Shown in pieces: positions 36,885 to 49,530 of a stretch of DNA of 64,000 nt. Within the stretch, counting starts at the first letter, position 1; each line of letters starts with the position of its first letter. The position numbers and the translations under genes were made by a program. The notes beneath the pieces are model-generated. The model ran no database searches, was not told where the DNA came from, and worked only from the letters and a program-made list of their open reading frames with translations. This stretch comes from Mobula hypostoma (Eukaryota), in assembly GCF_963921235.1 (NCBI RefSeq), contig NC_086102.1, forward strand, positions 42,036,001 through 42,100,000, given 5' to 3'.

Positions 36885-37160
36885 GTATGGCACGCTAGCG
36901 TAGTGGTTAGTAGAATGCTTTACAGTACAGGCGACTCAGGTTCGATTCCCGCAGCAGCCTCTATGTAGGCTCTCCCCGTGAATATGTGGGTTTCCTCCAG
37001 GTGCTCTGGTTTCCTCCCACAGTCCAAAGACATACTGGTTGGTAGGTTAATTGGTCGTTGTAAATTGTCCCGTGATTAGGCTCAGGTTAAATAGGGGGAC
37101 TGCTGGGCAACGCGGCCAGAGGGGTCTACTTCACACTGTATCTCAACAAGTAAATAAATA
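36885..37160 (+). mobile_element. V-SINE (HE1-like), full length
   Basis: A-box tagcgtagtggttag, B-box ggttcgattccc, V-domain tgggtttcctccaggtgctctggtttcctcccacagtccaaagac, and a (taaa)n tail. Confidence 0.9.
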
Positions 37161-38074
37161 TGCTTGGGGCTGTGGCTCTGGATAGTTTGTGGGTCAGTAT
37201 CCTGTGAGTAGTGTGTGATTCTACTTCAGACAGAGCATGGTTCAGGTCTGTCTGTCGCATTTGTCAGGGAAGCCTCCTGTAGCCAGTGAGGGTGAGAAGG
37301 GTGGTCAGGTAATTGGCGGGGTACAGTTGTGGTGGTGGTGAGCAGGGATGGAAAAGTTGGCTGAGGGTCATAGGTGTGACTGGGTGATGGTTGGGGAAGG
37401 TGAAGGGTTAGTTGTGAGATTGTGATGAATGAGATTCAGGACTTATGGAGGTGGAGGACCAAAAGAAACCCTGTAACTAAATAAATTAAAGGAGACCTCT
37501 GGAGTATGGTTCCCAAGGCCAGAAAGGGCTCATGGAGCTCCTCCTCGAATTGTGTAGCACTAGGATTCCGAGAACACATGAATTCCTGCTTTTGCAGTGG
37601 TGGCCTCTAGATGACACTCTGATGTGAACAATAAATCCAGAAATGACAACTGGTGTTGAATTGCACGTTGCTAGTTGCCCATGTACATGTCCAGGATCCT
37701 TCATACATTATGCTGCAGATGCACAAAGCCACCCAGAACATAAATCAAAGGCCTTTGAACTGTGTTGTATGTTGCTTATTATCACTTGTAATTTTTTTTC
37801 CATAAGAACTGGATTGTATGAGCACGAAAGTAAAAGACAAAGCAGTCTCATTTCTTGGTGGCCGTGCCTCATCTCCATTTCTGTGCTTAATCCATCAGTC
37901 ACATTTGGGAGGATGCTCTTCACTCCCAAGCATAGAGACTCTAACTTTACAGTCTGGGTGAAAGAGAGGGAACATTGAATACTGATGCTGAGTGACGGTA
38001 TAATGACAGCGCTGCAGTGTATGTGCTGTTGATGAAGCCGCACTGGAAGAAGATTGTGTTCCTAGTTATAGTAC

Positions 38075-38605
38075 CATAGAACACTACGACTCAGAAACAC
38101 CTTTGACCCATCTAGTCTATGCCAAACTATTAATCTGCCTAGTCCCACTGACCTGCACCCGGCCCCTGGTTCCTCTCCCATCCATGCACCTATCCAAATT
38201 TCTCTTAAAAGTCAAAATCGAATCCAATTTCACGACTTCTGCTGGCAGCTCGTTCCACATTCTCACCGCCCACTGAGTGAAGAAATTCCCCCTAAATATT
38301 TCACCTTTCACCCTTAATCCATGACCACTAGCTGTAGTCTCACCCCACCTCAGTGGAGAAAGCCTGCTTGCATTTACCTATCTATACCCTTCATAATTTT
38401 GTCTACCTCTATCAAATCTCCCCTCATTCTTCTATACTCCTGGGAATAAAGTCCTAACTATTCAACATTTCCCTATAACTCAGGTCCTTGAGTCTTGGCA
38501 ACATCCTTGTAAATTTTTCTCTGCACTCTTGCAATCTTATCTTTCCTGTAGGTAGTGACCAGAATGCCACACAATACTCCATATTTAGGCCTCCCCGACG
38601 TCTTA
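38075..38605 (-). mobile_element. CR1 LINE 3' fragment
   Basis: RGNFFTQWAVRMWNELPAEVV...FKRNLDRCM. Confidence 0.85.
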
Positions 38606-40199
38606 TATTTCTTGTCAAAACTCAAAACCCTACATTTCCATTTCTCATAACCATGGGTGAACAGTGATACTGGGAGCTGAAAACAGGAAGGAAAATGGAA
38701 AAGCAACAGAACTCTTGTTGTAGTCAGGATTCTGTTGCATCCTTCCCTCCCAATCAGAAGTTATAAGTTTAAGTCCCATCTTCAGTGACTTGAGGACAAA
38801 ATAAGGTAGACACTTTTTGCATTAATGAGGCAACACTGCATGAAGATGGGATGTTAAAGTGAAGCCCTGCCTATATTGAGAAGCATACATTTCTGCATTT
38901 GTTAAATATGGGAATGTTGCATTGTTTGGTAGATGCTTTGAGTTGTCATTTTTAGAGAATGTATTTGCAAATCTCAGACCCAAGCAATTCATTGGTCGGT
39001 TGTCACTTGTCCTAGATTTAGATGACCTTGGTGTATAACACTTCAGGACCTTGTGAATCTCGAGTGCAACAGACAAGGCCAAGTTCTGGGCTGGAGTTAA
39101 TGCTGAAGCACGTCAGAACTGTGACACGTCTCCCTGACTGAGCGGAAACTCACACAGCTCGTCAGTACAGGTCAACATTCTGAGGACATTTGCGGCAGAG
39201 TCTCCTATAAGTTTCCCTCTTTATGCCCTTTCTTTCTGGCAGGTGCTCTTCATGCAACAGTGTGATCCACCTCCCTCTTTTTCCATTCAAAATGGCTGTC
39301 CCAGCACCAAATCATTAGAGCCCTTAAGAGGATTTCTTGAAGTTGTTGACACACCAAGCTACTTATCTAAACAATCAGGGTCACTTCAAGCTGCTAACAT
39401 GTCCAAAAGCCTCAAAGCAGCACAGAAGCAGTAAAAATAAACTGAACAGTGAATGAAGTGAGGACAGCTGACAAGCTCTTTAAATGTCAATAGAAATGCC
39501 GTTCTCCACTCTCTTCCTTTCTCCAGTGGCTTTATAATTGATGAATCAGATGGCAGAGCAAGTGGGGAGAGCACTTCTGTTCCAAGACGAGCTCTGCAAA
39601 ACCTTGATTGGCATACTAATATCTTGGTCTCCAAGTAATTTGCAACTGCTGAATAAAATCATCAGCTGCTCACAGAAAGTAATGGATGGCCAATATAGTT
39701 CATGTTTTCATGAACTTGCAAGTTCTATCCTAGTGCCATAATTACCTCATTGCTATCTCTCAATTATTTTTTTCCAAAATGTTGTATTAAATGCAGGTAA
39801 GATTGTACTGATTATAACATCAATCTATCGTTGTAAATCTGTTGATGTAAATAGCATAAGAGAGGAACGGTTGCTACCTAGGAAGTCTACATTTGACAAT
39901 TAAAAGTCACTTAGAATTGACATAGGGAGATCACAAGACTGGAGTGTTCCCCAAAGGGTGAAAGGTAAGGACAACAGATGCAAGCAACTCTGGATGTTAA
40001 AGGACATTCCCTGAGATTAGGTATATTACTGCCCTTCTCTACTAGGACTATCTATGTACTGGCACAAAAATATCTTCTGGAAGCTTTTTGAAAGAAAATT
40101 CTAGACCTTCTAGGCCTTTCACACTAAGCTAATCCCAGGTGACGCTGAGGAAAATGGTGCCCCGACCTCTCTAGTCCTATCGTTCGTACACTTCGAGTA

Positions 40200-40522
40200 A
40201 AGCTGCTGCTTCACAGGGACCCAGGTTCAATCTGTGTGGGGTTTGCACATTCTCCCTGGTGAGTTCATGGGTTTCTTTTAAGCAGTAGCTTTCTTCATAA
40301 GCCCCAAAAAATGTGTAGGCCATTTAGTTAGTTACCTACTGTAAGCTGCTTCTTGTGTGTCAGTGAGTGATAGGAACTAGAAAGCTGAACAGAATGTAAG
40401 AAGAGAAAATGGGTTTAATGGAGGTGGATTAGTGTAAATGAGGGGATTAGTATAAAGGTGTATCTGATAGTCGATGGGCCGAAGGGACAGACAATTTCTG
40501 TGCTGTATCTCTATATGACTCT
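40200..40522 (+). mobile_element. Degenerate V-SINE with a CR1-like tail
   Basis: acccaggttcaatc, gtttgcacattctccc, and the tail tgtgctgtatctctatatgactct. Confidence 0.6.
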
Positions 40523-41996
40523 GTATCTTTGGAGCTACAACTTAATTTAATCACAGCATTTAATTGATGAACCTTTCTGTTTTTAAAACAAAGTACATGA
40601 TTCTGTCCTATTTGGCTTAATGATCATCGCACAAAGTTTTGTGCACTTTATGTAGTCCCATGTAGGCCTGAAGTCTGGTGTAGTTTTGTGTTGTTTCATG
40701 TAGCACCATGGTCCTGAAGGATCGTTGTTTCATTTTTACTGTGTACTGTACCAGCAGTTATGGTTGAAATGACAATAAAAGTGACTTGACTTGATAGTAC
40801 GCAGTACAGGACTAGATCTGGTGGGTGACCCCCTAGAGGGCAGATGATATGGGGGGAGAGGGCATAGAGATGTTTGAGGCAATTTGGCAGCAGTGCCTCT
40901 TAATATGCATCTCCATCAAATGCAAATCTCACCATAGTCCCTTGCAGAAGATTTCCCATTTACCCACCTGCCAGCTTCCTGGGATTCACATTAACCAGAA
41001 GCATAATGTGGCTGCAAGACTACAGATGCTGTAACAGGGGGTTTGGCTCCTTCACAAAAAAAACATTCTACCTTCTACGAGCCGCCGGCCGCAGGTCGGT
41101 GCTGATTGCTCATCTCTATTTGTCAATGAGGATCCATGTTCCTGACAGGAAACTGCAGAGAGTTGTGAACTCTCAGTATGTCACAGAAGTCAGCCTCCCC
41201 TCCACTGACTGTCCATACTTCATGCTGCCTCAGTAAATCACCCAGCACTTTCTGATGGTGGGGCAGTGCTGACAGCAGGACAGCTCTTCCAGAGCAAATT
41301 AACGAACAAAGAACATAAGATATAGGAGCAAAATTAGGCCAGGAGCATGAAAACTGTGTGCTCCCTGCTAGCCATATTGCTGGTGTTGGGATATGCGCGT
41401 AATAGCTGGAATTGGAATTAGAATTAGTTTACTGTTGTCACATGTACTGAGGTCCAGTTAAAAGCTTATCTTTTATACCATTCCTGCAGATCAAATCGTT
41501 ACACAGTGCATTGAGGTAGTACAAGGTAAAACAATAACCTACTGCAGAATAAAGGGTAACAGCCACAGAGAAAGTGCAGTGCTGGTAGATTGTGAGGTCA
41601 AGATTTTCATGCTATCATACTAGGGAACCATTCAATAGTCATATAACAGTGGGGTAGAAGCTGTCTTTGAGCCTGGTGGTGTGTGATTTTGGACTTTTGT
41701 CTGATGGGAAAAAGGAGTAGAGAGAACATCCGAGGTGGGTGCCATCTTTGATAATGCTGGGCGATTCACTGAGGCAGCACGAAGTGTAGACGGAGTCAGT
41801 GGAGGGGAGGCTGACTTCTGTGACATGCTGAGCTAGGTTCACAACTCTGCAGTTTCTTCTATATCGCTATACCAAACCGTGAGAAACATTGATAAGAGTC
41901 GATGGGGACATGCCAGATTTCTTCAGCCTCCCGAGGCATCCTTTCTTCTAGGAGATACAGTTTTAGGCAGTTACCTGTGATAGTGACACATCTTTG

Positions 41997-42290
41997 CAAC
42001 ACACACAAAATGCTGGTGAACGCAGCAGGCCAGGCAGCATCTCTAGGAAGAGGTACAGTCGACGTTTCGGGTCAAGATCCTTCGTCAAGACTAACTGATA
42101 AAAGAGATAGTAAGAGATTTGAAAGTGGGAGGGGGAGGGGGAGACCTGAAATGATAAGAGAAGACAGGAGGGGGAGGGGATGAAGCTAAGAGCTGGAAAG
42201 TTGATTGGCAAAAGGGATACAAGGCTGGAGAAGGACGGGAGGCCTAGGAAGAAAGAAGGGGGGAGGGGAGCACCAGAGGAAGATGGAGGT
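41997..42290 (-). mobile_element. PLE 3' tail insertion with a hammerhead (C3U variant)
   Basis: 10-bp TSD CACATCTTTG/CAAATCTTTG. The HHR at 42057-42092 reads AGUC-UUGACGA-AGGAUCUUGACCC-GAAACGUC|GACU. Confidence 0.85.
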
Positions 42291-42362
42291 CAAATCTTTG
42301 ATGAGTTTCTGTGACAGATTACATGAAGAGTATAGCCTGCAGTGTGCAATAAGCTACTTGGT

Positions 42363-43630
42363 TACTGACTCTCACAGCTATCTGGACTATTCCTCTTCTC
42401 ACCCTGTCTCTTGCAAAAACGCCATCCCCTTCTCGCAATTCCTCCGTCTCCGCTGCATCTGCTCTCAGGATGAGGCTTTTCATTCTAGGACGAGGGAGAT
42501 GTCTTCCTTTTTTAAAGAAAGGGGCTTCCCTTCCTCCACTATCAACTCTGCTCTTAAACGCATCTCCCCCATTTCACGCACATCTGCTCTCACTCCATCC
42601 TCCCACCACCCCTCTAGGAATAGGGTTCCCTTGGTCCTCACCTACCACCCCACCAGCCTCCGGGTCCAACATATTATTCTCCGTAACTTCCGCCACCTCC
42701 AACGGGATCCCACCACTAAGCACATCTTTCCCTCCTGCCCTCTGCATTCCGCAGGGATCGCTCCCTACACAACTTCCTTGTCCATTCGTCCCCCCCATCC
42801 CTCCCCACTGATCTCCCTCCTGGCACTTATCCGTGTAAGCGGAACAAGTGCTACACATGCCCTTACACTTCCTCCCTTACCACCATTCAGGGCCCCAAAC
42901 AGTCCTTCCAGGTGAGGCATCACTTCACCTGTGAGTCAACTGGAGTGATATACTGCGTCCGGTGCTCCCAATGTGGCCTTTTATATATTGGGGAGACCCG
43001 ACGCAGACTGGGAGACCGCTTTGCTGAACATCTACGCTCTGTCCGCCAGAGAAAGCAGGATCTCCCAGTGGCCACACATTTTAATTCCACATCCCATTCC
43101 TATTCTGACATGTCTATCCACGGCCTCCTCTACTGTAAAGATGAAGCCACACTCAGGTTGGAGGAACAACACCTTATATTCCGTATGGGTAGCCTCCAAC
43201 CTGATGGCATGAACATTGACTTCTCTAACTTCCGCTAAGGCCCCACCTCCCCCTCGTACCCCATCTGTTACTCATTTTTATGCACACATTCTTTCTCTCA
43301 CTCTCCTTTTTCTCCCTCTGTCCCTCTGAATATACCTCTTGCCCATCCTCTGGGTCACCCCCCCCCTTGTCTTTCTTCCCGGACCTCCTGTCCCATGATC
43401 CTCTCGTATCCCCTTCTGCCTATCACCTGTCCAGCTCTCGGCTCTATCCCTCCCCCTCCTGTTTTCTCCTATCATTTTGCATCTCCCCCTCCCCCTCCAA
43501 CTTTCAAATCCCTTACTCACTCTTCCTTCAGTTAGTCCTGACGAAGAGTCTCGGCCTGAAACGTCGACTGCACCTCTTCCTAGAGATGCTGCCTGGCCTG
43601 CTGCGTTCACCAGCAACTTTGATGTATGTT
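42363..43630 (+). mobile_element. Young 5'-truncated Neptune-type PLE: RT thumb, CX4CX2C linker, intact GIY-YIG domain (42912-43238) and 3' tail
   Basis: Peptides TDSHSYLDYSSSHPVSCKNAIPFSQFLRLRCIC, YPCKRNKCYTCPY and GVIYCVRCSQCGLLYIGETRRRLGDRFAEHLR...LEEQHLI...GMN. Confidence 0.95.
43534..43569 (+). ncRNA. Minimal type-I hammerhead ribozyme
   Basis: AGUC-CUGACGA-AGAGUCUCGGCCU-GAAA-C-GUC|GACU. Stem I is AGUC/GACU; cleavage is predicted after 43565. Confidence 0.75.
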
Positions 43631-44464
43631 GGTGGCTTTATACTGTTTTCATTGAAGCAGGTAGAAAGCACATTTCTTTGCCTTTGGAATGAAGTCATGG
43701 AGATAATTAGGAATCACTGTTCCTGGTCTTTGAAGCTGTGCAGAAATTAGATTTCACCTTCTTTACTGTGTTAACACATCACAGGGCAGAGCACTTGTAC
43801 CAACAATTCTACTCAAAAACTGAAAAATTTATTAAAAACATGTATTGAACTGGGCTTAACATAGCTTATACCTCAAAAAATGTGTTGAACTTGATGCAGC
43901 TCCCACAGTATATGACTCACCCACCAGGAACCATCTCCTGGCTTAATTTGGCTCCAAGTGCACATTATCCCCATCTTCAACTGGTTCCACTTAGCACCTG
44001 CCAGCCTCTGTTTCACTCCTTCCTCTCACCTCTTTATACTGGCAATCTCCTCTCTACACTCTCAGTCCTGATTCAGGGTCTCCACCCAAAACTTTGACTC
44101 TCTTTACCTCTACAGATGCTGCTTGACAACTTGTGTTTCTCCAGCAGTATTTTTTTTGATTCAGATTCTAACATCTGCAGTCTCTTCTGTGCCCATGAAA
44201 ATATCCCTTCATTGGTTACATCTCCTAAAAATCACATGAAAGTTTAAAGTTCAAAGTAAATTTATTATCAAAGTACATACATGTCACTATATACAACCCA
44301 GAGATTGTGCCACAATATACAACCCTGAGAATCTTGACTTGTTATTACTTCGAGCACTATAGAATGCATATATAATGTATACAACATGTACATGAACAGC
44401 CTCCATTGAATTTTGTAGCTGCCTTATAGTAGGTCTCAATGTCAGCAGAGTCGGAAATTCAGCT

Positions 44465-45062
44465 AAATGTGAGGTGTTGCATTTTGGAAAATTGAATCAA
44501 AATAGGACTTTCACAATAAACAGGAGGGTCCCGTGGAGTGTTATAGAACGGAGAGACCTTGGACTTCAGGTACATAGTTCCCTGAAAGTGAAGTCGCAGG
44601 TAGGTAGAACGTGAAGGTGTTTGGTGTGCTGGCCTTCATCAATCAGGGCATTGAGTACATAAGTTGGGAGGTTACATTGCAGTTATGTGTGACGTCGGTA
44701 GGGCTGCACTTGGAGTATTGTATACAGTTTTGGACACCTGCAGAAGGAAAGACATTATTAAACTGGAAGGAGAGTAGAAAAGATTTACAAAGATGCTCCT
44801 TGGAGCATAGAAGACAGGTGATTTTACAGGTGTGTAGAAAATAATGAGGGAGAGATTTGATAGAAATTTTCAGGCAGCCTTTTTTGATAGAGAGTGATGT
44901 GTGCATGGAATGAGGTCGGGGGGAAGGTGCTTGAGGCAGGAACATGGATAGGAAAGATTTAGATGGATAAGGGACAAACAAAGGCAAATAGGACTAGCAC
45001 GTTGGTCGGAATGGACCAGCTGGGTGAAGGGCATGTTTCTGTGCTGTGTGACTCTATGATTC
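44465..45062 (+). mobile_element. CR1 LINE 3' fragment
   Basis: KVFGVLAFINQGIEYISWEVTLQLCVTSVGLHLEYCIQFW, with the tail tgtgactctatgattct. Confidence 0.85.
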
Positions 45063-45900
45063 TCAGGGTATATCTGGATGGTGAGAAGGAAGAAGTGAAA
45101 ATACTGTACAAGTGTCAGAGACTCGAGCAGTGATTGCAGGTGAACTAGAAAACATACCTTCCAATAAGTGCTTTGCATTTAGTATCGTCTGCATTGTGGA
45201 AACCAAACTCAACTTGGTCAACTGCTTTGCAGTGAACCTGTATTAAGTAACAGAGACAACTCCAAACATCTGGTTGCCTGCCATTTCAATTGTCCACTCC
45301 CTTTCCCTTCTAACCTACCTGACTGAGGCTTCCTACACTGGCATATTGAATGTTTTCTTCTGCAGGGATGGTCTGTAGCTGACATTGCAAATGAAAGTCC
45401 TGGAAATGGTGCCCAGATATGTGTAATATGATGTTCAACTTCACTGTGAATACCCAGAGCCCTTTACACATCAGGTGGCAGATGCATAAAGGAATTTCAG
45501 ACTTCATGAGCTATACCCTAAATCTCCAATTTTTGTTCATGACTTACACTGAAATTGGATCAAGCATCTCACGAAAAACGTGCCACAATGTGATCTAATT
45601 TCTGGACTAGCTGACAAGATTTATAGAAATTAAAGGATCAATCAGTGATGTTAAATCCCATTAAATTTGCCAAAGGAAGATGTGGTGAGCTGAAAGACTT
45701 ACTGGTGCTGTGGCCCATTCCAGCAATTAGAAGCCTGCCTATTTATTTTGTCTGGTAAAAATATCTCACTGCGCAATGGGGAGACAGTGCTCAGTTAGCA
45801 GAGGAATTTGTTGTCTTTTTAATATGTGGAATGCCCCAAAATAATTCCAAGCTGGTGTGTCATTATACTGTAATTAGAATAAGAAATTAGTTTCAATCAT

Positions 45901-46651
45901 CAGGAATTCTGCAGATGCTGGAAATTCAAGCAACACACATCAAAGTTGCTGGTGAACACAGCAGGCCAGGCAGCATCTCTAGGAAGAGGCGCAGTCGACG
46001 TTTCAGGCCGAGACCCTTCGTCAGGACTAACTGAAGGAAGAGTGAGTAAGGGATTTGAAAGCTGGAGGGGGAGGGGGAGATGCAAAATGATAGGAGAAGA
46101 CAGGAGGGGGAGGGATGGAGCCGAGAGCTGGACAGGTGATAGGCAGAAGGGGATACGAGAGGATCATGGGACAGGAGGTCTGGGAAGAAAGACGGGGGGG
46201 GTGACCCAGAGGATGGGCAAGAGGTATATTCAGAGGGACAGAGGGAGAAAAAGGAGAGTGAGAGAAAGAATGTGTGCATAAAAAAGAGTAACAGATGGGG
46301 TACGAGGGGGAGGTGGGGCCTAGCGGAAGTTAGAGAAGTCAATGTTCATGCCATCAGGTTGGAGGCTACCCATACGGAATATAAGGTGTTGTTCCTCCAA
46401 CCTGAGTGTGGCTTCATCTTTACAGTAGAGGAGGCCGTGGATAGACATGTCAGAATGGGAATGGGATGTGGAATTAAAATGTGTGGCCACTGGGAGATCC
46501 TGCTTTCTCTGGCGGACAGAGCGTAGATGTTCAGCAAAGCGGTCTCCCAGTCTGCGTCGGGTCTCACCAATATATAAAAGGCCACATCGGGAGCACCGGA
46601 CGCAGTATATCACCCCAGTCGACTCACAGGTGAAGTGATGCCTCACCTGGA
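45901..46651 (-). mobile_element. Young PLE fragment (GIY-YIG plus complete 3' tail)
   Basis: The 10-bp TSD TTTCAATCAT is at 45891-45900 and 46652-46661. The fragment is a near-identical inverted match to ~42907-43630. Confidence 0.95.
45993..46028 (-). ncRNA. Minimal type-I hammerhead ribozyme (best-preserved copy)
   Basis: AGUC-CUGACGA-AGGGUCUCGGCCU-GAAA-C-GUC|GACU, with all core nucleotides present. Confidence 0.8.
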
Positions 46652-46661
46652 TTTCAATCAT
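46320..46661 (-). CDS. TE-derived 113-aa stand-alone GIY-YIG endonuclease ORF; expression unknown
   Basis: The ATG lies in the TSD. VIY...YIG and the conserved R, H, E and N residues are intact. Confidence 0.4.
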   Translation of the reverse strand: MIEIQVRHHFTCESTGVIYCVRCSRCGLLYIGETRRRLGDRFAEHLRSVRQRKQDLPVATHFNSTSHSHSDMSIHGLLYCKDEATLRLEEQHLIFRMGSLQPDGMNIDFSNFR

Positions 46662-49350
46662 TTTCTATTACTGTGATAAAATCAGGAGCTTGCTATATTC
46701 CTAATAATCAAGCCTCTCTCATTTAATCAAGTAGCACTATTCTTTTCCAAGTCTATTAATCTTTACATTCCCCTCAACGAATTACTTTTGAAAAATTCAG
46801 TAAAAACCTTCATTTTCGGACAGAGTAAACAAGTCAAAACTTTATTGACCTTGATAGAGGAAGAACTGAGCTGAAAAAAATGCTAGCAAAGTATAAGTCT
46901 GACTTGCCCTCAGTGCCCTCTCTGACCACTAGAGAATCTCTGGAATTCTCTACCCAGAGCTAGAGGCAGAATCACTGGAAGTATTCAGACCAGTGATAGA
47001 TACATACTTGAAAGATTAGGTGATTGAGGTTTATGGGAAACTGGCACAGAGAAGGAGTTGAGGCTTTGGCTAGATCAGCTATGACCATATTTGAGGGGAT
47101 ACGTAGTCTATTCCTGCTCTTATTTTTCTGTGTTTGTGTGTTCTCTTTGGCTGTTGCTGCAATGATAAACTTTGGGAATTTTCTCTGAAGCAGTTACATT
47201 CATTTGCAACCACATCTTACAGCACATCATATTCAAAGGATATTTATTTTTCTGGTATATACATTCTTAACGTCGTAGACCCCGTGCTTTAATGCTTCAG
47301 AGATAATTCCCACAAAATGACTTTGGTCAAAATGTAGCACCTAGTTTCAAAATTAAATCCAAAATTTAATTTTTATATACTCCACCCACTGTCAACTTTT
47401 CTACTTTTTCCAGTCCTCTCAGATTTCCTTCTTTAACCTGGTGAGCTGATCAAAAGTACCTTGTAGGTTTTCATCACACTCTCAGGCTAAGCAATCCTGC
47501 CCTAGGCAGCCTTTTGCCCTAGGTATACAAAACTCTGTTCTTGCAGTGGAACCACAGTTCTTCAACCACAGATACAAGATTGACAGAATTTGGAATTTGG
47601 TTATTAAATGTGTTTTGTCTTCACTATCCGGGTCTAATGAAGTGTGTGATATATCTAGTAAAGCATGAAAAGTATTTCTAAAATGTCATTGTTGTTGATT
47701 GTTTTCCCGCATAAATTTATTTTTAAATCCATTGTTTGATTTTACTTTCACCAAACTTGTTTGATTTATTTATAATTTAATTATTTTGCAAATGTTAAAA
47801 GATTCCTATTAGAGATGGAAAGTATTCCCTGCCATATAACTGTCATCTTCCTTTACATTTTACTGATTTAAAAATATACTGAATGATTTGACAAGGCTTG
47901 GGTATCTGAGTGAGAATGATGTGTAGGTTAGTTGGTGATAAACTTCAGCCTGTGCTAAACAGATCTTTCTGCTCTTTAACTGATCTGTTTTGGCTAACAC
48001 TTGAGACTGGGAGAATTCACATAGACTTTCAGCAAAGAAGTGCAAATCCTCTTTCAGTGTAAGTGTGGGTGTAGGTCCAGCAAAGTACTGTGCTATGGAA
48101 GTGTGAGCTGCTTTGTGTAAATGAAGAGGCATTTTGTGAATGAAGTGGTTGGCTTTGCTAGGGCTAACCAGTTTTTCATAGATATTACTTGATTACTAAC
48201 AAATAACAGGTGAATGTTAATGTCAATGGAAAATCTTGGGAAGAAGGTTACCGAGGATTAGGGAAATGACTAAGAACTCACTCTAATTTCTCACGACAGA
48301 GACTTTTAACACCGATGAAAAATTATTTCAGTGACCAGTCTACTTCCAGCTGGGAAAACTGTTGACGTATGTTTAATACTCTAATTTAATACTCTGCTAT
48401 TTTCTTTTCCAGTAAATGTAAAGTCAGGTGGCAACAGGCTATTGTCTTACTATCGCCATTTCCAGCTGCTGTATATATAAATGCATAGTTTTATTTTCTA
48501 TTCCTGTACTACATATATTAAAAATAACTATATACATTTAAAAATGCAAATTTTGGCTAAAAACAAACTCGGATGCGTACAATTTAATACTTCTTCCAAT
48601 TTGATAGATTATGTAAAGGCATTGCAGAAATTCCTGCTCCTGTTTCAACATTCCAGCACCTGCATTTTTTGCTCACATGGACTGATTATCCAGTTCGAAA
48701 TCATATTATAAAGACAATAAGTACAACCTACAGAAAATGCTGAAAGCAATGTCTAACCATAAAGTATTTTCCCCAATTAAAGCTGGCACCTGTATTCCAT
48801 GTTTGAATATGACATCCATATGCACTTAATAGATATTGATCGTCACCAGGAAGAAAACATTAATAAGTTTAATGTCATGTCCAAAAAGAATTACACGTGC
48901 TTAAAAAAAGAACAATCCTTTCTAGAATTTGATGCATGTTTTAAACTGATTCTACAAGTGTAGATAATAGCTACAAAATGTAATAAATTTATTGTTTATT
49001 ATATCTTCTGAAATCTAAAATTAGATTTAACCCTCTAACATTTATAGATGCAACATTTTCATTACATTAATTTGGATGTTGTGCTGTCACCTTGATGATT
49101 TATTATCGAGATTATCCCCAGATAAATGCTTGTTTTTAATAGTCTGTCTACACATCTAGAATCTACAATAATGATTTTGGCTGCCATTGTCCATCAGGTA
49201 TGTGGATAGATAGGTTAGACATGAACTCAGAGCATACACTCTCTGAATTCAATCATGAAGTCAGGATGCAGGCGTATTGACTTAAATATCAGAAAGACAT
49301 ACAGTATCTCAGTTAGTAACTCATAAAAGTTATTTAATTTAATGGTAAAC

Positions 49351-49530
49351 GTAAGAGATTCTGCAGATGCTGGAAATCCAGAGTTACACATACAAAATGC
49401 TGGAGGAGCTCAGCAGATCTGGCAGCATCTATGGAAATGAATAAGCAGTCAACGTATTAGGCCAAGACTTCATTGTTTATTCCTTTCCATAGAAGCTGTC
49501 TGACCTGCAGAGATCTCCCTGCATTTTGTT
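49351..49530. mobile_element. Older PLE-tail fold-back (hairpin) element
   Basis: The arms ~49393-49445 and ~49472-49528 are imperfect reverse complements. Confidence 0.7.

Noticed and set aside
41997-43630. One PLE with an inverted pseudo-LTR
   Set aside because: The left part has its own 10-bp TSD, differs in tail sequence and is separated by ~70 bp of unique DNA, so these are two insertions.
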